NCBI GenBank assembly: GCA_049520855.1
Contig: JBEKPI010000001.1
Span: forward strand, 9,625 to 73,624
DNA from: Terracidiphilus sp.
GTDB taxonomy: Bacteria > Acidobacteriota > Terriglobia > Terriglobales > Acidobacteriaceae
Direction of reading: 5' to 3'
DNA: 64,000 bases
Part shown: positions 9,360-18,323 of the stretch, one piece after another
Layout: every line of letters begins with the position of its first letter
Numbering within the stretch: position 1 is the stretch's first letter
Notes under the pieces: model-generated
Told to the model about the DNA's origin: nothing
The model's database searches: none
The model's input: the letters and a program-made list of their open reading frames with translations, nothing else
Position numbers and translations under genes: made by a program

Positions 9360-11837
9360 ATGACATCCGTCAGCGGCATGCGCAAGATTCCGTTTCTTTC
9401 AGGTGTCTTTCTACTTACCTTCTCTTCGCTGCTTTTTCAAATCCTGCAGACCCGCATTATGTCTGTTATCTCCTGGTATTATCTGGCTTTCTTTGCGATC
9501 AGCGTGGCCATGCTGGGCATGACCGCCGGCGCTGTCTGGGTCTATCTTTGGCGCGAGCGCTTCCGGACCGAACAACTGCCAGCCACCCTGTCCAATTTCG
9601 CACTCCTTGCCGCGCTGGCCATGCCAGCGTCGATGGTGTTGGTGTTTTGCCTGATTACCTCGCCAGCATTGTCGCTCACCACAGTGGTTTCGTGGGCTTT
9701 GCTGCTGGCCTGCATGGCCGCGCCATATGTGTTTGCCGGAGTCGCGGTGAGCCTGGCGCTGACGCGCAGTCCCTTCCCCATCGGACAGGTTTACGGCGTG
9801 GACCTTCTCGGCGCGGCGCTGGGATGCATAGCGGTGCTTATGTTGCTGAATGTTCTGGACGGCCCGACCGCTGTGATTGTGGCTGGGGCCATCGCCGGCC
9901 TGTCCTCCATGGCGTTCGCCGCCAGCGCCAGCGCCGAAGACCGGAAGCGTCTCCAGCCGAAGCCCTGGTGGCGTCGCCCCGGGACGGTCGTGGCCGAGTT
10001 GCTGGCGCTCGCTCTGTTCAATGCGCTCTCACCTGTAGGCTTCAGCCCGATTCTGGTCAAGAATGTCGTCGATTATCAGGGCAAATATGGCCGGTTCGAA
10101 AAGTGGAATTCCTATTCCCGCATCCGAGCTTCTCGTCCCCACCCGATGTTCCCGAATTTGTGGGGCCCCTCGCCCAAGTTACCGCCGGACACCAGCGTTT
10201 CCGACGTTGTGATAGGCATTGACGGCCTTCCGGACACCACCGATATGTACCACTATGACGGTACAAGCAGCTCCAATTCGTTCCTTCAATACGATCAGGC
10301 CAATCTGGCCTATCACCTTCCCAACATCCATAAGTCCGCGGTAATCGGCGTTGGCGGCGGCCAGGACATTTTGTCGGCTCATCTGTTCGGAGTTTCCGAC
10401 ATCACCGGCGTGGAGCTGAATCCGATCATCATCGACATGCACACGCGAGATCCTTTGTATGCGAAGTTTTCCAACCTGACAGCTCTTCCGAATCTCAAGC
10501 TGCATGTGGACGACGCGCGCAGTTGGTTTGCCGCCACCAATGAAAGGTTCGATCTGGTGCAGATGACCGTCATCGACACCTGGGCGTCAACCGGAGCCGG
10601 CGCCTTCAGCCTGAGCGAGAATGGACTCTACACCCTGGAGGGATGGCGCGCCTATCTGAAAACGCTCAACCCGGAGGGCATCTTCACGGTCAGCCGCTGG
10701 TACGGTCCCGGTCAGGTCGACGAGACGGGACGAATGATTGGATTGGCGACAGCGGCTCTATTGGATGCCGGCGTCAAGGATGCGCGCCCGCATCTGTTCG
10801 TCGCGATTACCGGGCATCTCGCTACCATGGTGCTGTCCAAATCGCCTTTCACAGAGGAGCAGTTGCGCGCGCTGCATGAAGCGGTGCGAGAGAACGATTT
10901 TGGAGAACTGTTATCGCCGGACCGTACCTCCGAATCCAAGCTGCTGGGCCAGATCGTCGATTGTCACGACCTCAACTCATTGAATCGCGTGTTGGGTTCC
11001 ACCTATCTCGATCTCACTGTGCCCACCGACTCCCGTCCGTTTTTCTTCAACCAACTGCGCATCTTCGATCTGCCTGGCCTCATCACCGTTGTGCGGAATG
11101 AACGCAATAGAGCGGGTGGCGGCGTTTGGTGGGGCAATCTCATGGCGTCCGCCGTGCTGGTGATGATTCTGTTCATCTCCATCGTCGCGGTAATCGCCGC
11201 GATCCTTGTGCCCCTGCGCAGCACGGCGCGCGAATGTTCGCGATCCCTGGCTGTCGCCGGCAGCCTGTATTTTTCTTTGATCGGCATGGGCTTCATGTTA
11301 GCCGAGATCGCGCTTTTGCAGTATTTCAGCGTGTACCTGGGTCATCCTATCTATTCTCTGGGAGTGTGCCTGTTCAGCCTGATTTTGGCATCGGGACTGG
11401 GCAGCCTTGCATCGGAATGGCTCAGGCTGAACACGCGCGTAAAGCTGCTGGCGTGGGGCTCAATGGTCGTCGTCTACCTTGCGGTCATGGAACGTGTTTT
11501 GCCGGCGCTCTTCCAGGCCACCACTGCTCGAGATCGCATGGTGCGCATCGGTATTTCGCTGGCTGCCATCATGCCGCTGGGCTTTCTGCTCGGCTTCGCC
11601 TTCCCCACTGGAATGAGGCTGGTCAATGCTGTGGACAGTCAGCCAACGCCGTGGTTTTGGGGCATCAACGGCGCCACCGGCGTTCTCGCGTCTGTCTTGG
11701 CGGTGATCTTCAGCATGTCGTTTGGCATCAATGTGACCATGCTGATCTCCGCGGTGTGTTATCTCCTGCTGATTCCAGCCGGCTTCGCGCTGTTCGTGCT
11801 CCGCCCCCGAATGGCGCTGCCGGCCGGGAACGAATGA
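9360..11837 (+). CDS. Multi-pass membrane protein with central spermidine-synthase-like SAM domain
   Basis: N- and C-terminal TM bundles; VIGVGGGQD, GVELNP, VDDARSW, FDLVQM motifs; AAAGGAG before ATG 9360. Confidence 0.75.
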   Translation: MTSVSGMRKIPFLSGVFLLTFSSLLFQILQTRIMSVISWYYLAFFAISVAMLGMTAGAVWVYLWRERFRTEQLPATLSNFALLAALAMPASMVLVFCLITSPALSLTTVVSWALLLACMAAPYVFAGVAVSLALTRSPFPIGQVYGVDLLGAALGCIAVLMLLNVLDGPTAVIVAGAIAGLSSMAFAASASAEDRKRLQPKPWWRRPGTVVAELLALALFNALSPVGFSPILVKNVVDYQGKYGRFEKWNSYSRIRASRPHPMFPNLWGPSPKLPPDTSVSDVVIGIDGLPDTTDMYHYDGTSSSNSFLQYDQANLAYHLPNIHKSAVIGVGGGQDILSAHLFGVSDITGVELNPIIIDMHTRDPLYAKFSNLTALPNLKLHVDDARSWFAATNERFDLVQMTVIDTWASTGAGAFSLSENGLYTLEGWRAYLKTLNPEGIFTVSRWYGPGQVDETGRMIGLATAALLDAGVKDARPHLFVAITGHLATMVLSKSPFTEEQLRALHEAVRENDFGELLSPDRTSESKLLGQIVDCHDLNSLNRVLGSTYLDLTVPTDSRPFFFNQLRIFDLPGLITVVRNERNRAGGGVWWGNLMASAVLVMILFISIVAVIAAILVPLRSTARECSRSLAVAGSLYFSLIGMGFMLAEIALLQYFSVYLGHPIYSLGVCLFSLILASGLGSLASEWLRLNTRVKLLAWGSMVVVYLAVMERVLPALFQATTARDRMVRIGISLAAIMPLGFLLGFAFPTGMRLVNAVDSQPTPWFWGINGATGVLASVLAVIFSMSFGINVTMLISAVCYLLLIPAGFALFVLRPRMALPAGNE

Positions 11838-11844
11838 GGCGGCC

Positions 11845-14751
11845 TCAAATTACTCTCAAATTGGCAAATCTTTCCATCAGCTTCTTCATGCCGTGGCGAG
11901 AGAAAAGCACGGTGAGCTTGGCGTCTTCGCCGTCTCCTTCGCGCATGAGGATGGTGCCCTCGCCGTACTTCGAGTGGCGAACGCGCTGGCCTTTCTTGAG
12001 ATTGGCCGCCGCGCCGCGTTGAGGCAGGTCCATCTCCGCGCGCGGCGATGCCGGACGTGGAAGCGAACCAGGTTTGCCGTGCCCCTTCTGGCCTCCGAAG
12101 AAGCGGGCGATGTTGTCGATGGAGGGTGGCGCTTCCGGCGCCGCAGGCGCTTCCGCGCTCTTTCCTTTTGGATTGGGTTCTTTGTTGGATAAAGAGCTTT
12201 GGGAAGTCATCCACGAGGCGACAAAGGGCTTGGCGGAGGAGATCTTCGCGCTTGCGCCATAAGCCTCATTTTCGCTGGAAACGAAGCCGCCGGCCAGCGA
12301 ACGTGGAGCTTCCTGGTTTTCGTCTTCGTAGTTGTAGTGCCGGTCGGGGAAGTCGCTCGACTGGCCCTGGCGGCGGGATCCTCCGAATCGCGAGCCGCCT
12401 CCGTAAGCCTTTGGATAGCCGGGTGTGGACCAGGATGAGGATTGGGCCGCGCCGCGTCCTCCGAGGTTTTCAATCAATTGGCTGGGAACTTCTTCAAGGA
12501 AGCGCGAAGGGATACTCGTCTCCGGCGCGTCGTTGCCGTACCGTCTTCTGTAGTGGGCGCGGGTGAGGATCAGGGAGTTCATGGCGCGGGTCATGCCGAC
12601 GTAGCAGAGGCGGCGTTCTTCTTCGAGTTCGTCGGGATTATTGAGAGTGCGGGAGTGGGGAAAGAGGCCCTCCTCGAGGCCGGCGAGGAATACCAACGGG
12701 AATTCCAGGCCCTTGGCGGCATGAAGCGTCATTAACGTGACGCGGGCATCGGGGTCGAACTGGTCGGTGTCGGAGGCCAGAGCCGCGTGGTCGAGGAACT
12801 CGGCCAGGGTTTCGCCGCGAGCTTCGGCGTCGTGTGCGGCGTTGGCCAGTTCCTTCAGGTTTTCAATGCGGCTGAAGGCCTCCGGCGAGCCTTCGGTTTC
12901 GAGAGCTTTGATGTAGCCGGTGCGGTCGATGAGGAACTTGATCAGCTCTGGGAGGGTGGCGGCGTCGCCGGGAGCGCGAAAGGCGCGTCCCTGCCCCTGC
13001 TCGTCTGCCGCAACTTCTTCGGCGTCCGATTCAAAATCGGGATCGGGCTTGGGAGTTTCCTCTGGCTGCTTACTCATGGTGAGGAAAGGGCGCTTGGACT
13101 GCGGGGCGAAGGGCGAAAAATGCGAGGCGTCGAGCAGCGGAAGCTGGCTTTCCTCACCGCCGAAGTTGAAATCGGTGGCTGATTCGGCGCTGGCCGAGTC
13201 GGCCGAGGCAGCTCCGAATCCGAAACCCGTGTCGGCGTCCTCCTGGGATTCCGCGCTGGCGGCCACATCGGCCGCCAGCTTGCCGGCGAAATCCGGGTCC
13301 ATCATGGCCTGGGCGTCGAGGATGAGCTGTCGGAAGGACTCGATGGCCATCAGGGCGCGGGTGGGGATGAGGCGATTGGCGATGGCGGCGGAGAGGGCTT
13401 CCCAAGTGGATACGCCGGTTTCAAGAGCCAGGCGCTCGAGGGTTTCGAGGGTGGTCTTGCCGATGCCGCGGGCCGGGGAGTTGATGACCCGTTGCAGGGC
13501 CATGGAATCGTGCGGATTGCGAACCAGACGAAGATAGCTTAGGAGATCCTTGATTTCGGCGCGCTCGTAGAAGCTGAAGCCGCCGACCATGGTGTAGCGG
13601 ATGTTGTAGCGGCGAAGAGCTTCCTCGACCAGCCGGGACTGGGAGTTGGTGCGATAGAGGACCGCGCAGTGGGGCCCTCCGGGCTCTTGCGTTTCGGATG
13701 AGTTCCCTTGGTTGAGAAACTGCTGGATGCGGTCGGCGATGAAAAGAGCCTCGTTTTCGCCGTCGGGGGCTTCATAGTAGCCGATCAGCGAGCCGCCCTG
13801 GCGGTCGGTCCAGAGCTTTTTGCCCTTGCGGCGGAGATTATTTGCGACCACCGCGCCAGCGGCTTCCAAGATGATCTGCGTCGATCGGTAGTTCTGCTCC
13901 AGGCGGACGATGCGGGCGTTGGGAAAGTCCTTTTCAAATTCCAGAATGTTGCGAATGTCTGCGCCGCGCCAGGAGTAGATGCTCTGGTCCTCGTCGCCGA
14001 CGGCGCAGACATTTTTTCGTTCGCCGGCCAGCAGCTTCATCAGCTCGTACTGGGGGCGGTTGGTGTCCTGATATTCGTCGACGAGCAGATAGCGGTAGCG
14101 GCGCTGATAGCGTTCGCGAACCTCGGCTGAAACCTTGAGCAAGCGGACAGCTTCCAGCAGCAAGTCGTCGAAATCGAGTGCGTTGCACTTGCGCAGCTCG
14201 GCCTTGTAGCCCTGATAGATGTGGGCGATGCGCTCGCTGTTTGCGTCTTTCGAGGCGAGGTAGTACTCCTGCGGATCGACCATGTGGCTCTTGGCCCAGG
14301 AAATGCGTCCGAGAACCGCGCGCGGAGTAAGCTGCTTGGTATCCATCCCCATGCGCTTCATGATCTGCTTGACGATGGCTTGCTGGTCGTTCTCGTCGTA
14401 GATGGCAAAGGAGCGGGTGAGGCCCTCGCTGCCCACTTTGAGGGCTTCGATGTCGCGGCGCAAAAGCCGCACGCAGAGCGAGTGGAAGGTGCAGATGAGA
14501 GGCTTGGCCAGAGACGAGTGATCGAGCAGCCGGTCGACACGCTCACCCATCTCGCTGGCGGCCTTGTTGGTGAAGGTGACGGCCAAAATCGAGTCGGGCG
14601 CTACACCCTTTTCGCGGATGAGCCAGGCGATACGGCTGGTAATGACGCGCGTCTTGCCCGAGCCAGCCCCGGCCAGGATCAGCAGGGGGCCTTCCGTGGC
14701 CTCGACGGCGATGCGCTGTTCGGGATTCAGGTTGGCGAGCTGCGGCTGCAA
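11845..14751 (-). CDS. pcrA: ATP-dependent DNA helicase UvrD/PcrA
   Basis: AGAGSGKTR, VDEYQDTN, VGDEDQSIYSWRGA, EQNYRST, TLHAAKGLEF, EEERRLCYVGMTRA; C-terminal GQRVRHSKYGEG domain. Confidence 0.95.
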   Translation of the reverse strand: MQPQLANLNPEQRIAVEATEGPLLILAGAGSGKTRVITSRIAWLIREKGVAPDSILAVTFTNKAASEMGERVDRLLDHSSLAKPLICTFHSLCVRLLRRDIEALKVGSEGLTRSFAIYDENDQQAIVKQIMKRMGMDTKQLTPRAVLGRISWAKSHMVDPQEYYLASKDANSERIAHIYQGYKAELRKCNALDFDDLLLEAVRLLKVSAEVRERYQRRYRYLLVDEYQDTNRPQYELMKLLAGERKNVCAVGDEDQSIYSWRGADIRNILEFEKDFPNARIVRLEQNYRSTQIILEAAGAVVANNLRRKGKKLWTDRQGGSLIGYYEAPDGENEALFIADRIQQFLNQGNSSETQEPGGPHCAVLYRTNSQSRLVEEALRRYNIRYTMVGGFSFYERAEIKDLLSYLRLVRNPHDSMALQRVINSPARGIGKTTLETLERLALETGVSTWEALSAAIANRLIPTRALMAIESFRQLILDAQAMMDPDFAGKLAADVAASAESQEDADTGFGFGAASADSASAESATDFNFGGEESQLPLLDASHFSPFAPQSKRPFLTMSKQPEETPKPDPDFESDAEEVAADEQGQGRAFRAPGDAATLPELIKFLIDRTGYIKALETEGSPEAFSRIENLKELANAAHDAEARGETLAEFLDHAALASDTDQFDPDARVTLMTLHAAKGLEFPLVFLAGLEEGLFPHSRTLNNPDELEEERRLCYVGMTRAMNSLILTRAHYRRRYGNDAPETSIPSRFLEEVPSQLIENLGGRGAAQSSSWSTPGYPKAYGGGSRFGGSRRQGQSSDFPDRHYNYEDENQEAPRSLAGGFVSSENEAYGASAKISSAKPFVASWMTSQSSLSNKEPNPKGKSAEAPAAPEAPPSIDNIARFFGGQKGHGKPGSLPRPASPRAEMDLPQRGAAANLKKGQRVRHSKYGEGTILMREGDGEDAKLTVLFSRHGMKKLMERFANLRVI

Positions 14752-14836
14752 GTTGGCGTCCGGGCGGGAAGGATCCTGACTCTAGTGTACCGTTCACGGA
14801 CTGATCTCGCAGGACGCGCGCTATCATGTAGGGACA

Positions 14837-15397
14837 ATGAGAGATTCCAATCAACCTCCGCGCCGGGTCGCCGTTTACTGCGGATCGGCCGACGGAGCCA
14901 ATCCCGCCTATCTCGCCGAGGCCCGTGCTCTTGGCGCGGCGATTGCGGCCTCCGGGCTGGGGATGGTCTACGGAGGGGCGAACATCGGGTTAATGGGCGC
15001 GGTAGCCGATGCGGCGCTGGCTGGAGGGGCCGAGGTCATTGGCGTGCTGCCCGCGGTGCTGGACGGACGCGAGATCGCGCACGCAGGGTTGACCCAGTTC
15101 GAGCTGGCGCCCACCATGCATGAGCGCAAGGCGCGCATGGCCGAGCTGGCCGATGCGTTTTTGGTGTTGCCCGGCGGCTACGGCACGCTGGAAGAGTTGC
15201 TGGAGGCAGTGACCTGGGCGCAACTCGGTTTGCACTCGAAGCCCGTCATCCTCATCAACACCGCCGGCTACTGGGACGGGCTGTTGGCCTTTCTCGATTC
15301 GACAGTGGAGGCAGGATTTCTAAGGAAAAGGAACCGCGAGCTGCTGCGCGTGGCAGTTAATGCTCAGGAGGCGGTGCGGATGGCGATTGCAAGCTGA
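14837..15397 (+). CDS. LOG family nucleotide 5'-monophosphate phosphoribohydrolase
   Basis: VYGGANIGLMGAVA, MHERK, PGGYGTLEE. Confidence 0.92.
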   Translation: MRDSNQPPRRVAVYCGSADGANPAYLAEARALGAAIAASGLGMVYGGANIGLMGAVADAALAGGAEVIGVLPAVLDGREIAHAGLTQFELAPTMHERKARMAELADAFLVLPGGYGTLEELLEAVTWAQLGLHSKPVILINTAGYWDGLLAFLDSTVEAGFLRKRNRELLRVAVNAQEAVRMAIAS

Positions 15398-15452
15398 CGG
15401 AATCCCAGTTCCCAAAATCGAGACCAGGGGCACCCGACCTGCGCGATACGAT

Positions 15453-16052
15453 TCAGTCGATTTCTGTGAGCTGGCCAGTCAAATGTTCTGCGAGATAGTC
15501 TGCCATCTGGGAGACGTTGAAGTGACCCTCGTGCCAATGGCGGTCTGCTTCTCTAAGTGCCTCATAATATGGTTCTCGATTCTCTCTAATGCGTTCTGGG
15601 ACGATCTTCTTGCCCGGTAACAATCTTCCTTGCCTCATGCAAATGAGGTAATAGCACGCCGCTCTGGCCGTTCTTCCGTTTCCCTCTACAAATGGATGTA
15701 TCCAATTGAGTCTCCACAGAGCATACGCAGGAAGGATCGTGGGGTGGTCCTGGACATCCCAATTTTCATGTATGAGCGAGAAGAACCGGTCCATTTCATT
15801 CGCAACATCTTTGAAATGAGGCGGCTGATGATTGCCTACATAGATCGGCTCCTCCCGGTAGCGTCCGCCAAATTGGGCTATATTCGCAGTTGCTGCCGCG
15901 TTCAGCGACCATAGCGTGTACTTGTCGAACGCCTCTATGCCCTTTGTCAAGCCAATTTCGATGCAATTCAACAGCAGGTCGTACTGCCGCAAGAGGTTCT
16001 GCTCTTCGACTTTGGCATAGAGTTCCGGGTTGTCGCTTTTTCTAACGCTCAT
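15453..16052 (-). CDS. Fic-domain protein (putative AMPylase)
   Basis: Canonical HPFVEGNGRTAR motif. Confidence 0.9.
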   Translation of the reverse strand: MSVRKSDNPELYAKVEEQNLLRQYDLLLNCIEIGLTKGIEAFDKYTLWSLNAAATANIAQFGGRYREEPIYVGNHQPPHFKDVANEMDRFFSLIHENWDVQDHPTILPAYALWRLNWIHPFVEGNGRTARAACYYLICMRQGRLLPGKKIVPERIRENREPYYEALREADRHWHEGHFNVSQMADYLAEHLTGQLTEID

Positions 16053-16067
16053 AGGAAAGGCAAGCAG

Positions 16068-16295
16068 CTACTTGCAGTGCTCATTTGCCGACGAAAAAAG
16101 ACGTACGCTTTGCGATGCGCGCCGTACGCTATCTTTCGTTATTTGGTTTGAATTCAGGGCGTTGCCAAATGCAAAGCTGACCCTCTGTTCACGCAACTCC
16201 TCGTCGGTTACGCTTCGGTTGCGCGATTCGCTCAAAAGACGCAGCAAGTCATCATTCGCTTGAAGAACACCAAGAAATTGTTTACGCTCTGCCAT
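16068..16295 (-). CDS. Small protein, putative Fic antitoxin
   Basis: 75 aa, GGAGG Shine-Dalgarno, 15 bp upstream of fic; EELREQRVSFAFGN motif. Confidence 0.6.
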   Translation of the reverse strand: MAERKQFLGVLQANDDLLRLLSESRNRSVTDEELREQRVSFAFGNALNSNQITKDSVRRASQSVRLFSSANEHCK

Positions 16296-16336
16296 AATGC
16301 GCCCTCCTTGACGATTCCTTCCCGGTTCAAACATCA

Positions 16337-16352
16337 TAACGCAACTGCGTTA
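16337..16352. promoter_or_regulatory. Perfect palindrome, candidate operator of the antitoxin-fic operon
   Basis: TAACGCA-AC-TGCGTTA abutting a minus-strand TATGAT -10-like box. Confidence 0.45.
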
Positions 16353-16491
16353 GTCGTGCTTCAGTCAACCAAATTCCCTTGTTTATGCTTCATATAACCC
16401 GTGGATTCCATTTTCTATTTCTGGGTCACAGATTCCGCCAACGGAAGCGCCGGTATTCGTGACGTCATGTTTCGTATACTCAACTCAGCGT

Positions 16492-17337
16492 ATGTCCACA
16501 GCCCTCGACAGAATTCTGGCGACGACGCGAGCCACTGTGGCCGCGGCCAAGGCGCGTGTTTCGATTGCAGAGCTGGAACGGCTGGCCGATGCGCACCAGC
16601 CGCGCGGTTGGGCCGCGGCCTTGCGCCAACGGGCCGCCACAGGTCCAGCCGTTATCGCCGAGATCAAAAAGGCCTCGCCCTCCAAAGGGCTGATTCGCGC
16701 GGAGTTCGACGCGGCGTGGCTTGCGCGGCGCTACCAAGCTGGCGGCGCGTCGGCGCTCTCCGTGTTGACCGACGAGCCATACTTTCAAGGTAGCCTACGC
16801 AACCTGGAGTTGGCCTCGGGTGCTGTTTCGCTGCCCTGCCTGCGCAAGGATTTCATGATCGACGAGTACCAGATCGTTGAGGCCCGCGCGCATCGGGCGG
16901 ACGCCATTCTGCTGATCGCCGCCGCGCTCGACGACGGCGAGCTCCAGCGCTTTGCCCAGGCGGCGCACTCTCTTTCGCTTGACGTGCTGGTCGAGGTGCA
17001 TACGGCTAGCGAGCTCGACCGCGTACTGGCAACGCTGGGCGTCTCCGGGGGGCTGGGCGAGACCGGCGCGGATGCCATCGGCGTGAACAATCGCGACCTC
17101 AAGACATTCGAGGTGCGCCTCGAAACCTCGCTTGAATTGGTGGAGCGGATTCCTCCCACCGTGGTGCGGGTTGCCGAGAGCGGCCTCAAGGCACCCGAAG
17201 ACCTGGCGCGCCTGCGCGCGGCGGGCTTCGATGCCTTCCTGATCGGCGAGAGCCTGATGCGCCAGCCCGATCCCGGCGCGGCGCTGGAATCGCTGCTGGC
17301 CGCAACCGTCGTAATGGGAGCAGCTGCGGGCCTATGA
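16492..17337 (+). CDS. trpC: Indole-3-glycerol phosphate synthase
   Basis: IAEIKKASPSKG, LSVLTD, LRKDF, LVEVH, IGVNNRDL, AESG, LIGESLM; start set at ATG 16492, downstream of TATACT (16475-16480). Confidence 0.96.
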   Translation: MSTALDRILATTRATVAAAKARVSIAELERLADAHQPRGWAAALRQRAATGPAVIAEIKKASPSKGLIRAEFDAAWLARRYQAGGASALSVLTDEPYFQGSLRNLELASGAVSLPCLRKDFMIDEYQIVEARAHRADAILLIAAALDDGELQRFAQAAHSLSLDVLVEVHTASELDRVLATLGVSGGLGETGADAIGVNNRDLKTFEVRLETSLELVERIPPTVVRVAESGLKAPEDLARLRAAGFDAFLIGESLMRQPDPGAALESLLAATVVMGAAAGL

Positions 17338-18008
17338 GCATCTGGGTCAAAATCTGCGGCAACACTTCACTCGCCGACGCGCGGATGGCCGTCGAAGCGG
17401 GGGCGGACGCGGTTGGGTTTGTCTTTGCGCCCAGCCCGCGCCAGGTGACGACCGCAGAAGTCGCCGCGATCACTCCGCATTTGCCGGCAACGATCGAGAA
17501 GATAGGCGTCTTCGTGGACGCCGCGCTGGAGGAGATCGCGGCCACGGCGCGCGCATGTGGCCTGACCGGCGTACAACTGCACTTCGACGCGGACCCCGAG
17601 CTGCCGGCAGCGCTCCATGCGCTCCTGGGGCCGCAATTGCTCATTCTGCGCGTACTGCATTTTGACGCGGAAACCGCCGCGCAGTACGCAGCCGGGATTG
17701 CCGCGCATACGCGGAACCCGCATGTGGATGCGGTGCTGGTGGACTCGCGCACGGCATCGGCCGTCGGGGGCACCGGCGTTACCTTCGATTGGGCTGTAGC
17801 CCGTAGGATTCTTCCACAATTCGAGGAAGCGCACCAGCGCATCGTGGTCGCCGGCGGGCTGAACGCGTCCAACGTCGCAGAAGCTATTCGCTCGCTTCGT
17901 CCTTGGGGCGTGGATACAGTCTCCGGCGTTGAAGCTGCTCCAGGCCGCAAAGACCCGGTTAAGGTGCGGGAGTTTGTGGCCAGCGCGAGGACAGGAAATC
18001 GCACATAG
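17334..18008 (+). CDS. trpF: Phosphoribosylanthranilate isomerase
   Basis: VKICG, GADAVGFVF, VQLH, GGTG, AGGLNASNV, VDTVSGVE..PGRKD; ATGA overlap with trpC. Confidence 0.96.
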   Translation: MSIWVKICGNTSLADARMAVEAGADAVGFVFAPSPRQVTTAEVAAITPHLPATIEKIGVFVDAALEEIAATARACGLTGVQLHFDADPELPAALHALLGPQLLILRVLHFDAETAAQYAAGIAAHTRNPHVDAVLVDSRTASAVGGTGVTFDWAVARRILPQFEEAHQRIVVAGGLNASNVAEAIRSLRPWGVDTVSGVEAAPGRKDPVKVREFVASARTGNRT

Positions 18009-18068
18009 AGACCAGCCCCGGCGCAGTTCAGTTCGGCTGTTCCAGACCGCAGGGCCCTGTTACGATCA
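17996..18068 (+). repeat. 73-bp direct repeat, copy A (includes the last codons and stop of trpF)
   Basis: 65/73 identical to 20552-20624 without gaps (hand alignment). Confidence 0.9.
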
Positions 18069-18075
18069 AGCGATT

Positions 18076-18323
18076 ATGGCTGGCGGCCTGAATCTCGGGG
18101 GGAAACGTGAGTGGGTTGCGCGGGGATTGTTCTGGAGTGGCGCATCTTTCCTGCTCTCGCTACTTCCTGCACGAGATTAGCTCTTGGTTTTGAGCTATCA
18201 TCGCACTTGCCAGGTAAGACTTCTCCATACGATGTGAACCGAATCGCAGCAGGCGGCCAAAGCCTGGGGCGATTCCGGGTTCAAACCGCTGTTCTCCGAG
18301 CCACAGGCAGCTATTGGCCTTGA
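18076..18323 (+). pseudogene. Internally deleted polysaccharide deacetylase (CE4-like) remnant
   Basis: MAGGLNLGGKREWVARGLFWSGASFLLSLLPARD*LLVLSYHR (in-frame TAG at 18178-18180 before an LxYHR motif), then in another frame PYDVNRIAAGGQSLGRFRVQTAVLRATGSYWP, which reads like a deacetylase C-terminus. Confidence 0.5.

Noticed and set aside
15404-15435. Imperfect hairpin between convergent LOG and fic, reminiscent of an intergenic repeat
   Set aside because: Too degenerate and single-copy in the window.
16340-16491. trp attenuator or leader peptide before trpC
   Set aside because: No tandem Trp codons or terminator; the -10 box lies just before the start codon.
18275-18288. tRNA T-loop-like GGGTTCAAACC
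   Set aside because: No cloverleaf or acceptor stem; lies within the deacetylase remnant.
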